Shown piece by piece: positions 1 through 9,560 of a DNA stretch of 64,000 nucleotides. Location of the stretch: contig MU056303.1 in the NCBI GenBank assembly GCA_013239625.1, forward strand, positions 7,248,049-7,312,048. Reading direction: 5' to 3'. Both the position numbers and the translations under genes were made by a program. Each line of letters starts with the position of its first letter. Within the stretch, counting starts at the first letter, position 1. A model generated the notes under the pieces. The model saw only the letters and a list, made by a program, of their open reading frames with translations, ran no database searches and was not told the DNA's origin. This DNA is from Lama guanicoe. Taxonomy: Eukaryota.

Positions 1-599
1 GTAGGAAGGTAATTACTCCTTGACATAGTGCTCCCTATGGACCAGGCCAGAGTGTCTCATGTAGCTCTCGCGACAACTGAACAGTATTAGGTGGGAACCA
101 TCATTATGCTCATTTCACTGATGAGAAATCTGAGACTTAAGGTTTCATATGTGGCTCTTCCTCTTCCCCTTTCTTTCCTGAACACCTTGGTCCTAAAGCC
201 ACTATGTGAAAAGCTGGTGTCCGCATGGGGGTTGGGGGGAAGAGTAGAGACTGGGATGTGGGGGCCCTCACTTTACCCCAAGCAGGTCAAAGAGGATGCC
301 TACGTGAGAGTAGAGGGCTGCTCGGTTCAGGGGTTGACTCAGTGCAGAGTGTCAAAACCCAAGCATATTGAGGACAGAGTCCATGCAGGAAGGAGGGGGG
401 ATGCAGCACAGAGTATCAGACCCTGAGATGGCGGAGGAGGGCGTCTGTGTGTGTGAATGGGGTGCTGGAGTTCAAGGGGCTGAGGACGGCATCCATATAG
501 GGGAGGGGTACAGGTGGCAGTGGGAGGTGGGTTACATACAGAGGGGGTGATCAGTAAGTAGCCATATTACAGGTAAGGCGAGCTGTATATCTCCCTGTT

Positions 600-1080
600 G
601 AAGAAAAAAATCACAAGTAAAGAAAAGGAGGCAACTAGAATGAATCCTTCGGGGCCAGGTTGGAATTGAAGGTATCAGTGTGAACTCAATTTTTCCACCA
701 GTACATTTCAACGTACAAATAAATATACGTGTACAGACATAAACATATGAATGTGCTTTCATGTGTATTCCTAGCTCTGTCCACTGAGGAGTGGGACTGG
801 CAACACCCCAGCTGTAACGAGCACATCTACCAGCCTCACCTTGGTTTCTAAATCCATTCTCTGCTGAAAAAGAATTAGCGCTGCTGGGGCAAATGGCAGA
901 GAGGATACGATGTGCCTAGAATATTCTTATGCTGTTCTTAAGTAAGCAAGTGCTCAAAGATTGATGGGGACATTTCATAAGGACATAAATGAAGGTCTAT
1001 CTGGCAGCTTCCCTGCCACCAGGAAGCTCACACACACTCCAGATGAGGGGTACAGGTTCATAAACATTAAACAGTGGCAG
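600..1080 (+). mobile_element. Old L1 (L1MC/MD-type) 3' region fragment
   Basis: CTAGCTCTGTCCACTGAG...CTTGGTTTCTAAAT...AAGTGCTCAAAGATTGATGGGGACAT resembles the recalled consensus. Confidence 0.6.
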
Positions 1081-2699
1081 GCACTCACAATCATGTATAA
1101 ACGTGAAAGGACTCTGAATGCTTTTTGCGTTCACAGAACAAGGCTGAGCTGTCAGGAAAGGACTGGAGATGGAGGTGGGACCTCACTAAATCCTCAGCTG
1201 GAGGATGGACTGAGGATAAGAAGGACTGAATGAAGTGGGAGAGAATGCTCTAGGTGTGGGGGCAGGGTATAAAGATACAAATGAGCTTGCTGAAGTGGAG
1301 GGCAGATGTAATGCTAAGAAGGATGAAGGGGCAGGGAGACAACAGCTTGGCCAGAATGCAGAGCGGCCTCACAAGCCATTACACGCGCTCAGCATTCACT
1401 GGGGTGTTTCAGTGACATTAAGGGCTGACACCAGCAAAGCCTGTTTGGCATTCCTTTATGTAAATCTCTGCGGGGAAGACTGTAACTCCAGGAATGAGCC
1501 CATCATCGACACACAGCCACCTGGAGAAGGAAACAAAGGGCAGCCAGGTTCGGAGGGCTACTGCTCTTGGAGGGAAGGAAAGCTCACACGTGTTGGCAGT
1601 TATGGCCACATTGTGGCTCAGCCCTGACTGTTCCATCACTCAGGCTACTTCGGAAATCATGGTCCCACAAAGGGAATCTTCACCTGCCCTGGCCAGTATC
1701 CAGGGCATTCGCAGAGCCTGCCCTGCTCCTGGGGAACCCCAGTGTCATGACATATTTCTCTGCCGAGGCCACCACACCTGGGCAGCCTTCCTCCTCCCCT
1801 CCCTTTGGGGGTGCCACCCTCCCTGCCAGGCTCCTCCGTGTTGCCTCAGCCGTGCCAGGGCACTGATCTCACTGGGAGGTGCTCCCACTCCCATCCCACA
1901 AAAATGACAATCCCACCCACCACTGTCTTGGCTTGGGAGAAGCTGTTTAAGATTGCACCTGCCCTACGGGAAGATAAACAGACTCCCAAGATACAGGTGG
2001 AGAAACTGAGTCATGGAGGCCTTACCAGGGCATTCTCAAACCCTCAGTGACTCAGCAAGATCAACACTGCACAAAGCCCAACCCACAAGCTGTGTGACTT
2101 CAGGTAGGTCACTCTGCCCCGTGCTTCATGAGGGACACGGGGCTCAGCTGTGGCAGTTCTGGGATCCCACCTCTCAGATCTTGTTATGTTGAATCCTGAA
2201 CCCGGCACAGCCTTGCAAATCAAGGAATTCTGGCTGGAGAACATCTGGATGGCTCTATATACTGTGAGACAGATAAAGCCACCAGTGTGTTTGTCTTGTG
2301 TGTCCATCCATTCATGCAACCAGTACCAGTAAACTCCCTCTGCAGTGAAGTCAGAACCCCTAACAAAGACTAAACAAGCTGAGACCCCAGTCCTATCGCA
2401 GACCCAATCTGTGCGGGCTTGTGCGTCTCAGAGGCAGATGGTCATTCAAGCCAGGCGCCTAGTCCGTTGGACTGTTAGACACCTATTCTGTTAAATTCTT
2501 CGCAGCTCTTAGCTGTGTTTGAAACGTGCCCAGCGAAGCCCCACCTTTCTCCTTCCAGGAGGGAAAATGACTGAGTTTATTAGGCAGAGCAACGCTGGAA
2601 ACAGCTCTGGCCTCGCGTGTATGATAAATCTTCACAGCGGTGAGCTATTGTCCCACCTACAGACGAGGACACCGAGGTTCAGAAAGGCCACCTTGGCCA

Positions 2700-4680
2700 G
2701 GGCACACGGCAGATGCGTGTAGCGGACGCTGCAGACACTGGACGGGCCGAGATCTTCCTGGCTCCCCTCCCACTGCCCTGGTCCTCGACCCCAGCGAGCC
2801 CGAGCTCCCACCACCTCACTCCCTAGGCCTGGGCACCCGCATCTCCACCGGCCAGATCGCCCCCGTTTTGCAAGGTCCACGCCTCTTCCACCCAGAGGCT
2901 CACAAACCCCGAGGTCAGACCCTCTTCCGAGCCCCCCCTACAGCGGCCCCTCTCCCGGGTCCCCCTGGTTACCTTACACGCCAGTTGCACATCCCACAAA
3001 CCCGCACCGCACCGAGGACACGAGGTCCCGCTACGGGTCACCGAGCGCCCCCCACGCCTCGCTCCGCCCGGCCAGCCAGCGCCGGGGACACGACCCCGAC
3101 GTCCCTCCCCTGCCGAGCGCCGGGCAGCAGCCCAGCCAGGGAAGGGCGGCGGCTGTGAGAACCGCCGGCCGGGGAAGGACCGAAATGCCCAGAAACGTGC
3201 TGTGACCGGAAACCTCCCGGCGCAGAGGCGAGCCAGAGCCAAGGCTCCGCGGGCGGCGGCCAGCCCGGGTCCCGACCCGGCGCCCCCGCGGGCCCCGCCC
3301 TCTCCCGAGCCCCCACCCTCAAGTCCAGGCCTGGCCCCTGCGCCGCAGGAAGGCGCCCCCGCCCTCATCCCCTCCGCATCCCGNNNNNNNNNNNNNNNNN
3401 NNNNNNNNNNNNNNNNNNNNNNNNNNNNNNNNNNNNNNNNNNNNNNNNNNNNNNNNNNNNNNNNNNNNNNNNNNNNNNNNNNNNNNNNNNNNNNNNNNNN
3501 NNNNNNNNNNNNNNNCCTCCTCTCCAGCCAGTCCCTGTCCCCTTCTCGCCACCCCTTCCCTCCACCCGTCCGCCCCCGCCCAGGCCCACGCACCCGCGCA
3601 CCCCGCGGCGCAGTCTCCCGGGCACCGCGCGTCACCGCTCGTCCCACCTCCTTCCCAGCCAATCAGTCCTCTGCTCTGCACCCGGCGTGTCCTCCCGGGG
3701 AAACCTGTGGCTGGCCGGAGATGCAGAATCGAGTGCAGGGTGTGCAATCACCGGGCAGAGGGCAACTCCGGGTGCAGAAGAAACCAGAAGATGGCCCGGG
3801 GGTGGGGGGGAGGGGCGGGGGAGCGTTCAGACGCCAGGCATTTAGCCGCATCAGCTGGCTGAAGTTAGTGTGTTTGGCCCTCTCTGACTTACAAAATGCT
3901 TTCCTACAAATGCTCTCTCCTGGGCCTCAAAAATAGCCGGTGAGGGGGGTGTGATCTTCCTCTCCGAGCAGAGGGAAGGACAGCGTGGAGAGATCAAGTA
4001 GCTGCCCCGAGAGCCCAGGCCGGGCGGCGGAGTCCGGCTGCGTCAGACGCGGGGCCCGCGGGACTCCACGTCCTCCTGCTGAGAAGCCGAGGACCAGTGG
4101 GGGCGCGGGTGACTCTCTCGGCCCTCCCCGTTTCAGATCCAAGTGCCTGCACTACTAAGAGTTTCGATGATGCGAGCGTGGAAAGACAGGGGAAGGCAGT
4201 GGGATGAGAGGCGAAGCGTAGAGCAGGACGTTTAGGTAGAGGAAACCGAGAGAAAAGGGCAAATTCAAAGGGTTATCTTGGGATTTCTCTGCTACCAGCC
4301 AGGCTGATGGGAGGAGAGATTTGCATCTCAAAGAGAAAGCCCTGGGGCAGCCGAAACCCGAGGCAGGCGAGCTGCGCCTGCTAGTGAGCCCGAGCACGCA
4401 CGGCGCGGCGCTCCCAGCATCCCTGCGCCCCGAGGTCTCCGGTGCCGCCCGAAGCAAGGGCACACCCAGAACGGAAGGCCTGGAATAAAGGCCGAGGGAG
4501 GATGGGTCCGCTTCTTCCGGAGCCTCCTTCCCCCACTCGTTCTGCCTCGCCGTTTGCTGCAGCCTCTGCCTTGGGGTATATGCCGAGCTCACGCCCTCTC
4601 ATCGGATGCCTCCTTCCCCGCGAGGCCTCCCTGACCCCTTCCCTGCCTGCTTCTCCCTAGCCCTTGCCACCGTCTGAGCA
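2700..4680. promoter_or_regulatory. CpG island / promoter-like element with no recognisable coding exon
   Basis: High GC and CpG density. CCAAT box AGCCAATCAG at ~3657-3666, GC boxes at ~3570-3580 and 3805-3821. Internal N-gap 3384-3515. Confidence 0.75.
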
Positions 4681-4682
4681 AC

Positions 4683-5135
4683 TGTGAACGAAAAACACTG
4701 CGAGCCATAGCGGTAAACAAAGAATGCTGAAGCCTTCGAGCCGTCAGCCACTGCCGCCACCCACACAGTGAAGACAAGCCTGCAGCCCTGAGGGGACTCA
4801 GGATGTGAAAGGCCAGGATACTGGCCCTAGATAACTAGACGGCTGTCAAAGGAATGAATTCAATGAGCCCAAATGTTTGCTCCCTACCGTACGTAGAAAA
4901 GAAAAAGAGCTAAATTCTTTAACTCGAGGTGTCTGGCTTTCTTCAGTTAACAAGTAATCTTTTAATGTGCTGACTACCTGGTCTTTGTTGTAAAGCTCCT
5001 GTGTATCCTGGATCCTCCCCTACCTCTTCCGAGCAGCCCCTCTGAGCCGCCTGAGAGGCTGTCATCCTGGCTCGGGTCCTCCCGCCAAATAAAACGTAAC
5101 TCAACTGTTAGGATGTGCGTCTATTTCAGTCAACA
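4683..5135 (+). mobile_element. Solo ERV1 LTR, MER41-like (cetartiodactyl/camelid type)
   Basis: TG...CA termini, AATAAA at ~5088, 3' end TTTCAGTCAACA typical of this family, near-TSD CAAC/CAGC. Family from recalled consensus. Confidence 0.75.
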
Positions 5136-5290
5136 CAGCGCTTCTCAAGCCCAAATGTGCCTGCGGAGCAGCTAGGCATCGGGCAACGCAGAAACGCACA
5201 TTCAGCGGGTCCAAGGTGCGGCCCCACGTTTCTAATCCGTCCCGCGCTGTGCTGCTGCCGCCGCCGCACTGCCTTAGGTTGACGGAGGAC
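5136..5290 (+). mobile_element. Degenerate MER5-like hAT-Charlie MITE
   Basis: Begins CAGCGCTTCTCAAG and keeps ...ATTCAGCGGGTCCAAGGTGCGGCCC...TTTCTAA...GCTGCTGC resembling MER5A. Confidence 0.5.
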
Positions 5291-5326
5291 ACTTGAAACA
5301 GCATCGACCTAAAACACTAGGATACT

Positions 5327-5535
5327 TTCCTTTGATGTGCACCTTAGCTCTCTAGGGCCAGTATCCTGCGCTTCCCATCCTGGGTCTCCTCAGAGGGCAC
5401 CATTGTGGGTGTGGCCATCCTGTTTCCATCCTGAGTTCCCTCAGGGCTCACCGTCCTGGGCAGCTGCAACGTGATGGCTTGATGGCCACAACTTCCTTTG
5501 TTTACTGATATGGCATGCGGTATTTTTCAATCCCA
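5327..5535 (-). mobile_element. Partial second MER41-like LTR, inverted relative to the first
   Basis: Reverse complement (TGGGATTGAAAAATACCGCATGCCATATCAGTAAACAAAGGAAG...AGGATACTGGCCCTAGA...CAAAGGAA) aligns by eye to 4683-4855. Confidence 0.75.
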
Positions 5536-5554
5536 AAGGGAAGCCGGCTAGAGT

Positions 5555-5684
5555 GGGGCAGGGTATAGCTCAGTGGTAGAGCGCATGTGTGGTATGCACA
5601 AGGTCCTGGGTTCAATCCCCAGTACCTCTGTTATAAATAAATAAAGAAACCTAGTTACCTGCCCCCTCCTCCAAAAAAAAAAAA
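5555..5684 (+). mobile_element. Camelid tRNA-derived SINE (Vic-1 type)
   Basis: tRNA-like A/B boxes (TAGCTCAGTGG; GGTTCAATCCC), A tail, imperfect TSD GGAAGCCGGCTAGAG/GGAAGCCAGCTGGAG. Confidence 0.88.
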
Positions 5685-6085
5685 GGAAGCCAGCTGGAGG
5701 GCAGTGGGACTGTTTTCCAGTTCAGTTGCCGAGAGTGGTGGTGGTGGTAGTCACGGGATGTCGATGGAGCCATGACCCAAGTATGGACCTCAGGATTTTT
5801 TTAGTTTCTTGCTAAAGAACATTGCCAGGCGGCACTTTGGGGGATCATCTCACATTCCGTGATCATCCTCTTCAGTTGGTCAAGTTGCCTCCACGGATGG
5901 GCATGTGATCAAGGTAGTGGAGGATAATCCTAGCCACACAAAGAGAGATCCTTCCTGAGAATGAAGCAACACTGAGGACAGCAGAGCCACACCCTCAGGC
6001 TTCGATTACACAAGTAGATCAAGCCTTTCTTCCTCTTAAGCCAGAGGTTGTCTGAAATTTTCAAGGAGAGTAGGCGTAATACACC

Positions 6086-6503
6086 TGTGTGGGTTGAATG
6101 GTGTCCCCCGAAACGATATGTTCAAGTCCTAACCTCTGGTAACTGTGAGTGTGACCTTATTTGGAACGAGGGGCTTTGCGGATATTATCAGGCTAAGACG
6201 AGGTCATGTTCGGTTAGGGTGAGCGCACAGACACACACAGGGAGGGGGGAAACACCATGTGGTGATGGAGGCGGAGACTGGAGTGATGCATATACAAGCC
6301 AAGGAGCACCAAGGAGCCACCCAAAGCTAGAATAGATGGAAACTCCCCCTCGGATCCTCTCTCAGAGCCTCTAGAAGGAGCCAACTCTGCTGACCCCTGG
6401 ATTCTGGACTTGAAGCTTCCAGAACAGTGAGAGAAAAATTTCTGTCGTTTTAAGCCATCCACTTCGTGGTGCTTTGTTACGGCGGTCCTAGAAACCTAAC
6501 ATA
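6086..6503 (+). mobile_element. MaLR solo LTR (MLT1 family)
   Basis: TGTGTGGGTTGAATGGTGTCCCCC start, GTGACCTTATTTGGAA, CTTCCAGAACAGTGAGA, TTTAAGCCA...CTTTGTTACGGCGG...CTAGAAACCTAACA end. Confidence 0.85.
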
Positions 6504-7359
6504 ATCCCCACAGACGGTGTTGAGTGTGGTATCCCCTCCTACCCCTTCCTTCCAAGAAGCACAGGCAGCAGGATTTTACCAAGCCGTATCAGTAGTGCAC
6601 CATATTTTACCTAAAGATGAAGTGTTGGCAGCTGTTTTCATCAGACCCCTGGCCTCTTGGCAATGCTACCCAACCCTTCCCCTGGCACCTAAGCTAAAAG
6701 AAACCTTAGCACAGGTCCTCACCATGTCTTGCCTAGCCTGCTATAAAGAGGCTGCCTTCTTTTTCTGTCTTGGCCCATCTTCCATTCTGCCACTCTCTCC
6801 CTAACAAACTGATTTCATCTTTCCTCTTATTAAAAAAGAATCTCCATTCTTTTTCAGGCCCTACAGAAAAATTCCAAGCTCTTTAACATGCCGTTCAAGA
6901 ATCTAAAGAATCTCACCTCAGCTTATCTCTGTCTGATCTGCCCTCATTCCCTTGCCGAGTGCCTCATAATTTGATGATACTCAGCAAGTCCTCATGAACT
7001 CTCTCTCCAGCAGACAGTAGCTCCAGTATAAGGAGATGGTCTGAGGAGGCAGTACAGGAACCATGCTGATGGGAAAAGAGCCCCCTCCTCCAGTCGGGTG
7101 GCCAAGTTCCAGTCCTGATTCGGTCACTAATTCAATGCCTACTCACCGGCCTACTCACCGGCACATCAGGGTGCTGGGAGCAAACAGCCCCCTGTCCTGC
7201 CAACCCCTCCACGTGGCTGCTTCTGCCCCTGCTGATTTGGTAACTGTGCTGTGTCATGCACAGGGGGAGGAAGAGTGGAGAGATTATGAGGCAATGGTGT
7301 CAACACTAGGTGATCCAGCCACATGTGTGGAGTGGAAGCTCTGATGCCCCTACCACTGC

Positions 7360-7668
7360 CGGCCACTGCCCCTTCGCTGACCCGGATAGGAGCCCCCCAT
7401 GGCCACGAACTGATTGGTGGAGTATATAAAGCTGACCCCTTGCTTCAAGGTGGGTCAGCTCTGCAGCGCAGCTTATGTTCCAGAACCTTCCTGTAGATTA
7501 AGCCAAACCTAAACTTGACTTGAGATGACATCCTTGCCAGGTCCCAGCCCCTCCCCTCTAGAATCTGCTTTCCTCACTCCCTTTTTTTTTGGAGAGCATT
7601 CTTCAATAGCTCACTTTCACAGTAACAGCTGTCCCAGTTCCTGCGTCTAAGGACTTGATTTAAAACAG
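7360..7668 (+). mobile_element. ERVL LTR fragment (LTR16-like)
   Basis: TATATAAAGC...CCCCTTGCTTCAAGGTGGG...GCTTTCCTCACTCC...GGAGAGCA resembles the LTR16 3' half. Confidence 0.55.
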
Positions 7669-8691
7669 CGTGCTTTTAATAAATAAAAGTAAAATGCCAT
7701 TGATGGGCAAAATACGAATGGGGGCAAAACACACGTGGGAGTATGGGAAGTAAACTCCCACATTGATTTTTTTAAGAAGAAACGGCTGTGTGAGTTTATT
7801 TGTGGGGGAAGGAAGCAGAGATAGAGCAGCTTCCTGTGTGTCCCTGGAGGGCAGTAAGCTGAGTAGTCCCCTGGTATGGAATTCCTATTTTGCCTGATTC
7901 ATTTCCTACACATCTTGGGAGAGCTGACAGCTTCCAAAGTAAGAATCAGCCCCATGTTCTTGAAAAGCAGCAGTGTTGACTCACACGTGAAAAGTATATC
8001 GTCTTTTGAATGAAGCTCCCTTAACAGCTACAGGAAAGGGGCCAGAAACCCTTTTTAATGAAACCCCAATAGCGAATGCGGTCCTTTTCCTTCCAGAGAC
8101 TGATCCGTGGAGTCCAGTTCAAAAAGGACACAGAGACCAGAACTAGCGACACTCGGCCACACTGGCCACTCAGGTTCCAACTGAGAAGTTCCTGCCTTAG
8201 CAAAAAGTCTCCTGGGCCCGCGCGCTGCTGTCAGGGTGGTTAAGGGCACAGCTCTGGAACCAGCAGGCGCGTGCCTGACCCCCTGGCTCCGCCCCTTGGT
8301 GGCTGGGTGGCCCCGCCCCAGCACCCTCATTGGTCAGATTAGAGGTTCCCGTGTTAAATGCATTCACGCTGGGAGTGAGCAGAAAGCGGCGAGGTTTACT
8401 GAGTGTCAACTTGCTATTAGCCTGATAAGTAATTGCTCATTCATTTGAGGGCACTTGGGTCCCCAGCACTGAGCTGTACGTATCTGAGCAAAACACTTAA
8501 GCACTTCAAGCTCTTAAACCCTGGGGTGCCCTCTGAAGTCCTTTCCAGACGGAACGCGGACTTTGAGTTCAGCATGGTTCGATACAACACCCCTAGAAGG
8601 TTACAAAGGGTGGCCTTCCTGACCAGAGGAGTGATGGCACTTGCGCTGTCACTGCAACCAGGACATTTTCCTCACGTACCCATGGGAGACT

Positions 8692-8780
8692 TGTGACAAG
8701 TAATTTTGTGTGTCAACTTGGGCGGGCCACAGGGTGCCCAGATGCGAAGTGAAATGTGACTCTGGGTGTGCCTATGAGGA
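8692..8780 (+). mobile_element. MLT2 (ERVL) LTR 5' fragment
   Basis: TGTGACAAGTAATTTTGTGTGTCAACTTGGGCGGGCCACAGGGTGCCCAGAT matches the MLT2 start. Confidence 0.7.
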
Positions 8781-9019
8781 TATGATAGACAATACTGCTG
8801 GCATCCTTACAGGAGGATCTGAGAGCCAGGAAGAGGGGACCACACGGACCCAGCCCGCCTCGCTGCTGGTACCCACGCTGCGGCTTGAGCGCCTGGTCCC
8901 AGGTCCCAGGCTCCGCCTTCCTAAGGCCGGGTACCGCTCAGCGCTCTTCATGTGCCTTAGCTCAGCTCGTCCTCCCAGGAACTTACCACACAGATACTAT
9001 CATTATCACCCTTCCTTTG

Positions 9020-9560
9020 TTTTCCATTCTAGTAAAACAGACATAAATGTTACCATTTTAACCATTTTCAAATACACATTTTAATGTGTACATGGAACCA
9101 TTTTTAAGGGCACACATGTGGCATTAAGCACACAGTGTGCACACATTCTGTTCCCATTAACTGCTAAATTTCCATTCCTCCTCCCCGCAGCCCCTGGAAA
9201 CCACCATCCTACTTTCCGTCTCTATGAGTTGGACTATTCTAGGGACATTCACCTCAGTGGAATCATACAGTATTTGTCCTTTGTGACTGGTTTATTTCAC
9301 CTCACATAACGTCTACAAGGTTCATCCGTGTCACGGCATGCATCAGAATTTCTTTCCTTTTTAAGGCTGAATGATATTTTGTTACATGTATACACCACAT
9401 TTTTTTTTAATCCATTCAACCTTCGATGGACACTTGGGTTGCTTCTGCGTTTTGGTTATTGGGAATAATGTTTCTGTGCATGTGTGTGTACAAATTCTGT
9501 CTTTGAGTTGTTTCTTTCGATTCTTTTGGATGCATAACCAAAAGTGGAATTGCTTGATAT
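9020..9560 (-). mobile_element. Old L1 3'-end fragment inserted into a MIR
   Basis: CCCCTGGAAACCACCATCCTACTTTC...GGAATCATACAGTATTTGTCC...GGACACTTGGGTTGCTTC, with MIR-like halves on both sides. Confidence 0.8.

Noticed and set aside
2640-3936. Long overlapping ORFs (172, 244, 279 aa) in the CpG island
   Set aside because: Low-complexity Pro/Gly/Arg/Ala content is expected in stop-poor GC-rich DNA; two span an N-gap; no recognisable domain.
5555-5630. tRNA-like sequences (also ~16490, ~19360, ~56520)
   Set aside because: They are SINE heads with A-rich tails and, for several, TSDs; they are not intact tRNA genes.
7137-7162. 12-bp tandem duplication (GCCTACTCACCG)x2, and (CA)n/(GA)n runs elsewhere
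   Set aside because: Ordinary slippage products.
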